Shown piece after piece: positions 26,537-36,687 of a stretch of 64,000 nt of DNA. This DNA is from Amphiscolops sp. MND2022 (taxonomy: Eukaryota), in assembly GCA_964187785.1 (NCBI GenBank), contig OZ076416.1, forward strand, positions 19,964,001-20,028,000. Direction: 5' to 3'. Both the position numbers and the translations under genes were made by a program. Position 1 is the stretch's first letter. Each line of letters opens with the position of its first letter. The notes under the pieces were generated by a model that worked only from the letters and a program-made list of their open reading frames with translations, ran no database searches and was not told where the DNA came from.

Positions 26537-27136
26537 AAGCAGGAGCCAGGCCATTCAAAGGCTCACAGCCAAAAAAGCAAGAAGCAACAAAAATTTCGAT
26601 CGTCACTGTTTCAAAACGACGATCGTGAATTGGTAAGAGAAGGAACTCTCCGAAAGAACAATTACAATAAAGAAGCTCTCCAAGATCTGCTGCAGTGGCT
26701 ACTTTTCAATGACCGCGACAAGCGCCAAAACGATTTCCCCAGTTATGACGTTTTAAAAAACTGGGTCCGTCATTTAAAACGTGTCTTGGGTGTAAATTTT
26801 GATTTCAACAGCAATCGGCACCGAAAAAGAATGTGTTCATCATTTGACCACAAAGTGTCGGAACCAAGTCATGTGCGGGCAATTGACGAGGACCTTGGCC
26901 ACAGCAGAGAAGATTCGTATGAGGAGTTTTCGTGGAGAAAAGAACATATCATTTTTCGTAAAAACATTCGTAGGAGCCCCCACGCATCCTTAGACCACTT
27001 GATATCAATCTTAGCCACCGACTTGGTACCTGACAAATATCTTCGTGAACGCGGAGATGAGTACTGGTCGTTTCGATGCCAGATAAAACACTTGCGAAAA
27101 TGGGCTAAACCTGGATACCCCAATTTTCGTTACTGA
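26537..27136 (+). CDS. Tyrosine-recombinase-like C-terminal catalytic region, 5'-truncated
   Basis: 200-codon stop-free frame containing LF...LKNWVRHLKRVLGVNFDFNSNRHRKRMCS...IDEDLGHSREDSYEEF, resembling the YR helix-G-x(n)-HxxR...LGH...Y arrangement. The expected Tyr position is Phe, with a Tyr three residues earlier. Confidence 0.45.
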   Translation, partial: KQEPGHSKAHSQKSKKQQKFRSSLFQNDDRELVREGTLRKNNYNKEALQDLLQWLLFNDRDKRQNDFPSYDVLKNWVRHLKRVLGVNFDFNSNRHRKRMCSSFDHKVSEPSHVRAIDEDLGHSREDSYEEFSWRKEHIIFRKNIRRSPHASLDHLISILATDLVPDKYLRERGDEYWSFRCQIKHLRKWAKPGYPNFRY

Positions 27137-27164
27137 TTTTGCTTCTTTTGTTGCGATGGTGGAA

Positions 27165-27250
27165 GATGAGGAAGTCAGTTACGACTATAATGGACTTGAC
27201 CTCACTTGCAGGACAAATGGGTACTTTCAATCAAACAACTTCGACTGTCA
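27165..27250 (+). pseudogene. Second SET C-terminal fragment (EDEEVSYDYNGLDLTCR)
   Basis: Paralogous to 11800-11875 and retains the EE before xxYDY. Confidence 0.7.
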
Positions 27251-27379
27251 TGGTGATAAACATATTCACAAAATGTACAATTCACCGACAGAATTTGAGT
27301 AAAGGTTAAATGGAAGTTAATATGGAGTGGCATAAGAAAAAAGATGTATATAAAAGTTGTATATAAATAATATTCTGTA

Positions 27380-27655
27380 TGACAACATGAAATTGGTGCT
27401 CATGCATCAAAAATTGAGCCACCAAAACATCCTCATGAGTTTCATCTTTGATTCTGGCGGCCCTTTCCGTAGCTATCTTAACAGATTCCAGTCTACTTTC
27501 GCTGAACCAAATTCGTTTCAGTTCCTGAACCCGGTGATGTTAAAACAGAAAGTACTAGTCTTTCAAATGGAAGTTTTCTGATCAAAAGCTCCGTACTGTT
27601 CTGAAATCTGTATAGCAACCACTCCTGGTGTCCTCCTAGTTGTCTTTTTCTTCAT
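27380..27655 (-). pseudogene. Divergent histone H3-like gene, frameshifted
   Basis: MKKKTTRRTPGVVAIQ, frameshift, FQNSTELLIRKLPFERLV, frameshift, IWFSESRLESVKIATE. These align with H3 KKPHRYRPGTVALRE / YQKSTELLIRKLPFQRLV / LRFQSSAVMALQEASE. Confidence 0.8.
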
Positions 27656-27965
27656 CGTCTGCTGGCGTTCCACCGGTTTTGAGCTTGATATTGGCCAATT
27701 CAGCCACTGTTGGAGCCACCGATATGGGTCATGGTAAAGATACCATAGCTTCAAAAGCAAAGATTTTTCTAGAATGGTTACATGAGTTTCATCTTTGATT
27801 ATGGTGGCCTTTTCCGTAAAACAATAATAATTGTAAATGATAAATAATAATAAAACAATAAAAAACAATAATAAATTGTAATAATTGTAATTTCTATAAA
27901 AGAATAATATCATGAAGAAGCTCAGAATGAAAAAGAACAAGATAGATTGAAGAATAAGTTATCAG

Positions 27966-28921
27966 ATTTTCGTAGAACTGTTCACTAAGGTTTGGGTGAA
28001 TTGAAGCCGGAGAGTTCCAAGAAACAATATATCTCGTTGGAGTTACAGTGCCTTGTCTCACGTGCTGGCTTTTATCTGACGGTTCACATGACTAAATTGA
28101 CCAAGCGTAAGTTGGTATAGTTTAAGGTTAGAATTACGAGAGTATCTAGTCTTCGTTCTTGAAAATTCAGCGCAAAATTTTCGTAAAACTGTTCACTAAG
28201 GTTTGGGTGAATTGAAGCCGGAGAGTTCCCAGAAACAACATATCTCGTTGGAGTTACAGTGCCTTGTCTCACGTGCTGGCTTTTATCTGACGGTTCACAT
28301 GACTAAATTGACCAAGCGTAAGTTGGTATAGTTTAAGGTTAGAATTACGAGAGTATCTAGTCTTCGTTCTTGAAAATTCAGCGCAAAATTTTCGTAAAAC
28401 TGTTCACTAAGGTTTGGGTGAATTGAAGCCGGAGAGTACCCAGAAACAACATATCTCGTTGGAGTTACAGTGCCTTGTCTCACGTGCTGGCTTTTATTTG
28501 ACGGTTCACATGACTAAATTGACCAAGCGTAAGTTGGTATAGTTTAAGGTTAGAATTACGAGAGTATTTAGTCTTCGTTCTTGAAACTTCAGCGCAAAAT
28601 TTTCGTAGAACTGTTCACTAAGGTTTGGGTGAACTGAAGCCGCAGAGTTCCAAGAAACAATATATCTCGTTGGAGTTACAGTGCCTTGTCTCACGTGCTG
28701 GCTTTTATCTGACGGTTCACATGACTAAATTGACCAAGCGTAAGTTGGTATAGTTTAAGGTTAGAATTACGAGAGTATCTAGTCTTCGTTCTTGAAACTT
28801 CAGCGCAAAATTTTCGTAGAACTGTTCACTAAGGTTTGGGTGAACTGAAGCCGGAGAGTTCCAAGAAACAATATATCTCGTTGGAGTTACAGTGCCTTGT
28901 CTCACGTGCTGGCTTTTATCT
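27966..28921. repeat. Tandem array, 211-bp unit, ~4.5 copies; chimera of the SET 5' fragment and the repeated-ORF fragment
   Basis: ORFs at 28084, 28295, 28506 and 28717 are spaced 211 bp. The unit contains cacatgactaaatt...ttagaattacgag and gaaaattcagcgcaaaa. Confidence 0.9.
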
Positions 28922-29539
28922 GAGTGTATTGCCAAAGAGAAAGTGCCCCAGAAATATATGACCCATTGAAACAACACTTCCCGACCAGTTACAAAATGGA
29001 AGCTTCCATACCTCAGTTCCTTCCTGAATTCCTTGATGAACTTAATGCAATTTGGCAAATGCTTATATTTGATGAACACCCTTTAGGCCTCTGGAGAGGA
29101 AACTGAGTTTGCAATTCTTTGTATTCTTTAGGTCCGTCTCGCCAGATGAAGCCACGCCACGTTTAGTTTTCATCACGTTTAGTAACGTTTTAGCTATGTA
29201 CGATAAGAAACATGGTCCGTGATTTGTTTCGACATGACATGACTTTCCTTGGTTACATCGTATCGAAAACTGTGGGAAGCAGAACCTTGAGTTCAAAAAT
29301 TGTCGAACATATGGTATTAAAGTGTTAGGTAATAATATGGGAAACACTAACGAGGATGAGTTCGTTTGCATTTCTCCATGTGACTTCAGTTTTTGGGCGT
29401 ACTCTTTCTTCTGAATGTAAAACAATTCGGGACCCTTGGAGTAACAGATTCTGGTGAAAAATTCACTCTTCCGAGATTTGGAATAAGGATGGAAGCGAAG
29501 GACCTGTGTCGTAGATGAATATCAGCGGCGAGGGTTTCA

Positions 29540-30760
29540 CGTAAATTTTAGGACATCTACATATGTATACACATGATGTCAGAGCAAAAAGCTTAAATAG
29601 CTTTGGGCGTACTCTTTCTTCTGAATGTAAAACAATTCGGGACCCTTGGAGTAACAGATTCTGGTGGAAAAATCACTCTTCCGAGATTTGGAATAAGGAT
29701 GGAAGCGAAGGACCTGTGTCGTAGATGAATATCAGCGGCGAGGGTTTCACGTACGAAGAAGATTCTACACTGTGTTGCTCTGCATGGCATGACTCAGTTT
29801 CGGTAGTTATCCGCTCAGGTTCAGTGTGCGGCTTCCTTGGGTTTGGTTTCACGTTGCTTCTTCCGTGGGGAAGACAATCTGGGGTTTGAAGGTCTCTGTT
29901 CAACAGCAGCTGCGTCTCCCAGAAGATTCAACAAATCATCTGACCGAGTTTTGGTAGTTGTCCGCTCAGGTTCAGTGCGCGGCTTCTTGGTATAGTTTAA
30001 GGTTAGAACTACGCGACAAGGTTTCAAAACGATGGTCCTCAATTGGGAAGAGAAGGAACTTGTGTCGTTTGCCTTCTATCCGTTCGCCGGGATAGCTTGA
30101 CGAGGCACATCAAGCGACAACACGGCCACTTGAGTGGCAATGAAGCAGCGCTGGAGCTGGTCAGGAAGCTGTCCATCTTACTGACAAAAAACAGTAGGAA
30201 AAAGAAGTACTTGTGTAACCTGGAAGACTCTCTCAGGCTATATGAAAAAAAATCGAGGCATGGAAGTCACGAAGAACATGTGACAAGTTAAACGGACTCG
30301 GCATGCCTCTCCATATACAACGGCTGCTGGTTAGATTTCAGTCAGTTTTTTATACTCCAAATGTTTTCGTAAAGCCACTGCATTGAACGCTTTTCATGTT
30401 CCCATTTTTTTTCTGGTGAACGTAGAGGCGTCAAAGTCACAGTAAATGAGCTGTACTTGTAGTATTTACCCAAAATGGGTGTAACTTGTACCAACTTGCA
30501 CCCTAACCCTAATTAGCTACATAATTATAAATAAGCAGTAAAAATTTGACATTTCAGTCAATAATTGGCAATACTTGTACCAAAAACACATTAAAAATAT
30601 GCATTGGTATCTCAAACAAGCGAAGCTTATGATGTGCTCTGGACATATCAATTGCTCACTTGTTTAGTGATATAGTAATTTTAATAAAAATAAACGACAA
30701 ATGCCTACAGAATTATAGATAGCTGCATCTGGAACATGAGCCGGAACTCAAAACCTACCT
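29540..30760. repeat. Block duplicated at ~34035-35280 (offset ~4495)
   Basis: ORF pairs 29593/34088, 29673/34168 and 30043/34538. Confidence 0.9.
30043..30291 (+). CDS. Small C2H2 zinc-finger protein; second copy 34538-34777
   Basis: CVVCLLSVRRDSLTRHIKRQH fits C-x2-C-x12-H-x4-H. The ORF-track start is a TTG, so the true start is uncertain. Confidence 0.55.
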   Translation: MGREGTCVVCLLSVRRDSLTRHIKRQHGHLSGNEAALELVRKLSILLTKNSRKKKYLCNLEDSLRLYEKKSRHGSHEEHVTS

Positions 30761-32129
30761 TCTGATTCAAGAAAAACAAAGTGGCGTCGTCCAGACTGGT
30801 CGATTTTATTGGGGAGTCTTTTTGCCTCACAAACTACCCTCGTCTTTTCAGACCAATGTCTTTCCGGATTCGCTAAACAGCACTCTCTGTGTTGCAAAAT
30901 TATGTCGGGACGATGAATGGTCTGAAATAATTGCAAAATATGGGTGACGCGAATCAAGATTTTTTTCAATCTCAACCAGCAAAATAAAAATACTGATTGA
31001 GACGTTAGTCCGTTATTCAGGTCCCCCACATAATTTGAATTATCAATGTACGAGAATGAAGACAATCCAAATAAATGTTGACGACTACAAAGGAAAACAA
31101 TTCATCAAGTGGAAAAACCAGCATGAAATCAAAATAAATTCATAATCGATAGTGTTTCAAACCAAAACAAAAAAGGTTCTATATTCAACGAACCATTGTT
31201 TCTTCAAGGAAAACAAAGTGGCGACGTCCATGAAAAAGGCCCAGAAACTGCTGTTAAACAAATTCAAGAAGCTCAGAATAAAGAGATAGACTGAATAAGT
31301 AGGTAAGTTTCGTTCAGAACTGCTCTCTGAGATCCAACTTTGAGCTTTTAAACTCACATGAGCTAATTTGCTAATTTTGCTTGATAAAAATTTTTCTTCG
31401 AGGAAAACGTTGCTACAGGTCCCCACTGAAACGCCAAGTTTGGAAAGAAAAAATCCAATTTTTATTTTGCATAGCTATTCAAGGTTGCCGAGACATAGGG
31501 AAGATTTGATATTTTTAATGAGAAATCAACTTTTGACTTTTTTATTGTTTCTCAAGTGACGAAGGGAAGTTTTCTGATCAAAAGCTCCGAACTGTTCTGA
31601 AATCTGTAAAGCAACCACTCCTGATGACCCCCTAGTTGTCTTTTTCTTATTTATAATTATAAAAATAGGCCCCTCCGGGGCTCAGTACTATTTCTGCTTT
31701 AATCTTTATTTTTTTAAAACAAAAAATCATTAATAAAAGAATCATATCTGGAATACCAATACACTCCTGTTTAATCATTACTTAGAGCACAATTAATCAC
31801 TGTACAAGTTTACACCGCCTTTAATTCTTCTCGGACTAAAGAAAATATAACTAAGCGTAGACGAAGTTTCGCATTCGCATTTGAATGCAGGCGAAGCTCT
31901 CAACGAACGAATAATTAACACTCATTCGCTTCATCTCAATGACGTCAGCATACGAATGGATAATTACCACTCGCTCGTTCTATCGCACTAGAATTGAATT
32001 GTTGTCGGCAGCTTTCCCACGCTTACACTCACTGCCGAACAAAATATCTGAATTATTCAGTAGGACGAAATTTGACGACTGAAAAAAAAAAGGACCAACT
32101 TTGAGGTTACAATAACATTCCTGCTAAAG

Positions 32130-32950
32130 CAGAAATATTAATAAAACAATAAGAAACAGTAATAAATTGTAAAAATCGTACTTTCTGTAAAACATTAGTG
32201 TCATGAGGGAGCTCAGAATGAAAAAGAACAAAATAGCATCCCCGAAAGAACTTATGTCACATAATATTTAGGACATCTACATATGTAAACACATGATGTC
32301 AGAGCAAAAAGCTTAACTAGCACACAAATGAAACATACTTGAGAATTGGAATCAAAAGCATCAATAATTAGTGAAAAAAAACTTCAAAGGTAACTTCTTT
32401 AAAAAAACAAGTAAATTTGGAATCAGTATGATAATACATGCACATATCACGTCACATTTTGACTTACATCTAATAATGCTTGAATCGAAATCGATCATAA
32501 GATTGTTAATCAGATGCGAAAACCAAGTAATAATTATTACAAGTACGTTATCAATTATTGATAATAGTAAAAAGAAAAAACCATTCAATAAAAAAGAAAA
32601 ACAAAACTAATTGAATGCTTAAATGAATGATCACGGGGTGATAAGAAAATGGAGCACCGAAAAAGGATTGTCGGATGAAGCACCGAAGAGCTCTCTCAAA
32701 TGAAGCACAAAAATGGATTGTCATGTATCTAGGACGGCCTACCCTCTTACACGATTGCGCCTATTGATGATTCTTCAATAGGGTGACTGCGGCGTAGATC
32801 TTTGAATTCCCTAAAGCAACCACTCCTGAGGACCTCCTAGTTGTCTTTTTCTTATTTATAATTATAATAAAACAATAAGAAACAATAATAAATTGTAATA
32901 ATCGTACTTTCTGTAAAACATTAGTACCATGAGGAAGCTCAGAATGAAAA
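32130..32950. repeat. Block duplicated at ~40540-41220
   Basis: ORFs 32371 and 40831 share IIHAHITS...KKKPF; the flanking sequence is colinear. Confidence 0.8.
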
Positions 32951-32991
32951 GAACAAAATAGCATCCCCGAAAGAATTTATATCACATAAAT

Positions 32992-34248
32992 TATAGGACA
33001 TCTACATATGTAAACACATGATGTCAGAGCAAAAAGCTCAAATAGCTTTGGGCGTACTCTTTCTTCTGAATGTAAAACAATTCGGGACCCTTGGAGTAAC
33101 AGATTCTGGTGGAAAATTCACTCTTCCGAGATTTGGAATAAGGATGGAAGCGAAGGACCTGTGTCGTAGATGAATATCAGCGGCGAGGGTTTCACGTAAA
33201 TTTTAGGACATCTACATATGTAAACACATGATGTCAGAGCAAAAAGCTTAAATAGCTTCGGGCGTACTCTTTCTTCTGAATGTAAAACAATTCGGGACCC
33301 TTGGAGTAACAGATTCTGGTGGAAAATTCACTCTTCCGAGATTTGGAATAAGGATGGAAGCGAAGGACCTGTGTCGTAGATGAATATCAGCGGCGAGGGT
33401 TTCACGTAAATTTTAGGACATCTACATATGTAAACACATGATGTCAGAGCAAAAAGCTTAAATAGCTTTGGGCGTACTCTTTCTTCTGAATGTAAAACAA
33501 TTCGGTACCCTTGGAGTAACAGATTCTGGTGGAAAATTCACTCTTCCGAGATTTGGAATAAGGATGGAAGCGAAGGACCTGTGTCGTAGATGAATATCAG
33601 CAGCGAGGGTTTCACGTAAATTTTAGGACATCTGCATATGTAAACACATGATGTCAGAGCAAAAAGCTTAAATAGCTTTGGGCGTACTCTTTCTTCTGAG
33701 TGTAAAACAATTCGGGACCCTTGGAGTAACAGATTCTGGTGGAAAATTCACTCTTCCGAGATTTGGAATAAGGATGGAACCGAAGGACCTGTGTCGTAGA
33801 TGAATATCAGCGGCGAGGGTTTCACGTAAGTTTTAGGACATCTACATATGTAAACACATGATGTCAGAGCAAAAAGCTTAAATAGCTTTGGGCGTACTCT
33901 TTCTTCTGAATGTAAAACAATTCGGGACCCTTGGAGTAACAGATTCTGGTGGAAAATTCACTCTTCCGAGATTTGGAATAAGGATGGAAGCGAAGGACCT
34001 GTGTCGTAGATGAATATCAGCGGCGAGGGTTTCACGTAAATTTTAGGACATCTACATATGTAAACACATGATGTCAGAGCAAAAAGCTTAAATAGCTTCG
34101 GGCGTACTCTTTCTTCTGAATGTAAAACAATTCAGGACCCTTGGAGTAACAGATTCTGGTGGAAAATTCACTCTTCCGAGATTTGGAATAAGGATGGAAG
34201 CGAAGGACCTGTGTCGTAGATGAATATCAGCGGCGAGGGTTTCACGTA
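32992..34248. repeat. Tandem array, 210-bp unit, 6 copies; ~1.7 more copies at 29390-29750
   Basis: The ggacatct marker recurs at 32996, 33206, 33416, 33626, 33836 and 34046. Confidence 0.95.
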
Positions 34249-35894
34249 CGAAGAAGATTCTACACTGTGTTGCTCTGCATGGCATGACTCAGTTTCGGTA
34301 GTTATCCGCTCAGGTTCAGTGTGCGGCTTCCTTGGGTTTGGTTTCACGTTGCTTCTTCCGTGGGGAAGACAATCTGGGGTTTGAAGGTCTCTGTTCAACA
34401 GCAGCTGCGTCTCCCAGAAGATTCAACAAATCATCTGACCCAGTTTTGGTAGTTGTCCGCTCAGGTTCAGTGCGCGGCTTCTTGGTATATTTTAAGGTTA
34501 GAAATACGCGACAAGGTTTCAAAACGATGGTCCTGAATTGGGAAGAGAAGGAAATTGTGTCGTTTGCCTTCTATCCGTTCGCCGGGATAGCTTGACGAGG
34601 CACATCAAGCGACAACACGGCCACTTGAGTGGCAATGAAGCAGCGATGAAGCTGGTCAGGAAGCTGTCCGTCTTCCTGACAAAAACAGTAGGAAAAAGAA
34701 GTACTTGTGTAACCTGGAAGACTGTCTCAGGCTATATGAAAAAAAATCGAGGCATGGAAGTCACGAAGAACGTGTGACAAGTTAAACGGAGACTCGGCAT
34801 GCCTCTCCATATATAACGGCTGCTGTTTAATCAAGCTGCTGGTTAGATTTCAGTCAGTTTTTTATACTCCAAATGTTTTCGTAGAGCCACTGCATTGAAC
34901 GCTTTTCATGTTCCCAATTTTTTTCTGGTGAACGTAGAGGCGTCAAAGTCACAGTAAATGAGCTGTACTTGTAGTATTCACCCAAAATGGCTGTAACTTG
35001 TACCAACTGGCACCCTAACACTAATCAGCTACTTAATTATAAATAAGCAGTAAAAATTTGACATTTCAGTCAATAATTGGCATTATTTGTACCAATAAAC
35101 ACATTAAAAATATGCATGGGTCTCTCAAACAAGCGAAGCTTATGATGTGCTTTGGACATATCAATTGCTCAGTTGTTTAGTGAAATATTAATTTTAATAA
35201 AAATAAACGACGAACACCTTCTACAGAATTATAGATAGCTGCATCTGGAACATAAGCCGGAACTCAAAACCTACCTTCTGATTGCGAATTATATCTCCAA
35301 CCTATCAGCCCTCTAAAGCAAAAAGAAAAGACCTCATAACAAACGAAGAAAAACACTTTACCGTAGATATTTGAATTCTTCAATTTAAACTCTATCTCGT
35401 TATCCTTCTATATTGTTGCCCAGGTAAATTGAACACTGAAGTATAGTATTTGGTTTCTACACGCACAGCCCTATTTCAGTTTTCATATACTTATGGGGAA
35501 AACTTATCCACTAAGGTTATTAAAAACACAAATTGCTGTAAAACAATATCATCAAGAAGCTCAGAATGAAAAGACACAAGATAGATTGAAAGTTAAGTTA
35601 TGAGCAAAGCTGGAAAACAATTTCTAAATTCTTAAATGAATGTTTTGCCTTCATAAGCATTCTGTGTAACACGTTGTTTGCTCTGTTGACATCTGTTTCA
35701 GATCGAAGCAGACAGTGTTCCTCCAGAATTTGAGTAAAGAATAAATGGATTTTAATATGGGAGCATAAGATTAAAGGTGTTAAAAAAGTTGTATAAAAAT
35801 AATATTCTGATTGACAACATAAAATTGGTAAGAGAGGAAAGATCAGCGACCAGTTTTCAAGAAGACTAAAAAATTCAACAGGCAGTAGTGTCAT

Positions 35895-36266
35895 TTTCAC
35901 GATAAGAAAGCTGAAAACTGCCCTTCCATCCCTAAAAGCTTAAATCCCTAGAATGCTCAAAAGTCACGTAGTCTATCAAATAAAGTGTCCTGGATGCCAA
36001 TCCAGCTACGTCGGGCAAACTACACGCCACCTGTCTACGAGGATTAGAGAGCACTCGAGGAAATCTAGTAATGTGGGAGAACACCTGTCTCACTGTGGGG
36101 TGGCACTGACAGAAGATAATGTGAAGATAATGTGGAGATAATAGACAGCAGCAGCAGCAGCTACAGCAAACTTTTGACCTTAGAGGCCCTTCACATATCA
36201 AAAGAGAAGCCTAAAATCAACACAAAGGAAGAATACAGATCACGCGAACTTACCTTGAGGGTCTAA
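35895..36266 (+). mobile_element. Penelope-like retroelement 3' fragment (GIY-YIG endonuclease)
   Basis: KSHVVYQIKCPGCQSSYVGQTTRHLSTRIREH followed by LLTLEALHI...KPKINTKEEYRSRELTLRV*, the typical PLE GIY-YIG C-terminus; internal stop and frameshift. Confidence 0.85.
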
Positions 36267-36414
36267 TAAACATCTTCTTTGTCGCAATTTAGTTGCCTAG
36301 ATAAATGATAACTGTATAGTCTTTCCGTTGATTGTGATTGATTGTTTTAGAATATTTTAAGATCTGATGATGACACATTGTGTCGAAAACGTTCATTGAT
36401 AATAAAAAGTTTTC

Positions 36415-36687
36415 TATAAAATTGGTACTCTTCATCAAAAATTGAGCCACAAAAACGTACTCATGAGTTCCATCTTTGATTGTGGCGGCCCTTTCCGCAG
36501 CTATAATGACAGGTTTCCAGTCTAATTTCACTGAACCAATTTCGGTTTAGTTTCTCAACCCGGTAATGGTGAAAAAGAAAGTACTAGTCTTTCAAAAGGA
36601 AGTTTTCTAATCAAAAGCTCCGTACTGTTCTGAAATCTCCTGCAAAGCAACCACTCCTGGTGTCCTCCTAGTTTTCTTTTTCTTCAT
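36415..36687 (-). pseudogene. Second near-complete histone H3-like copy
   Basis: MKKKKTRRTPGVVALQEI, frameshift, STELLIRKLPFERLV ... WFSEIRLE-PVIIAAE. Partial copies at 14208-14290, 31565-31648, 32813-32852, 40441-40528, 43183-43277, 45269-45362. Confidence 0.8.

Noticed and set aside
29210-29330. MTFLGYIVSK resembling the LTR reverse-transcriptase FLG motif
   Set aside because: No upstream KC or YxDD context; short and probably chance.
27966-34248. Regular arrays as possible CRISPR loci
   Set aside because: Units are fully repeated with no unique spacers, no cas genes are present, and the context is eukaryotic.
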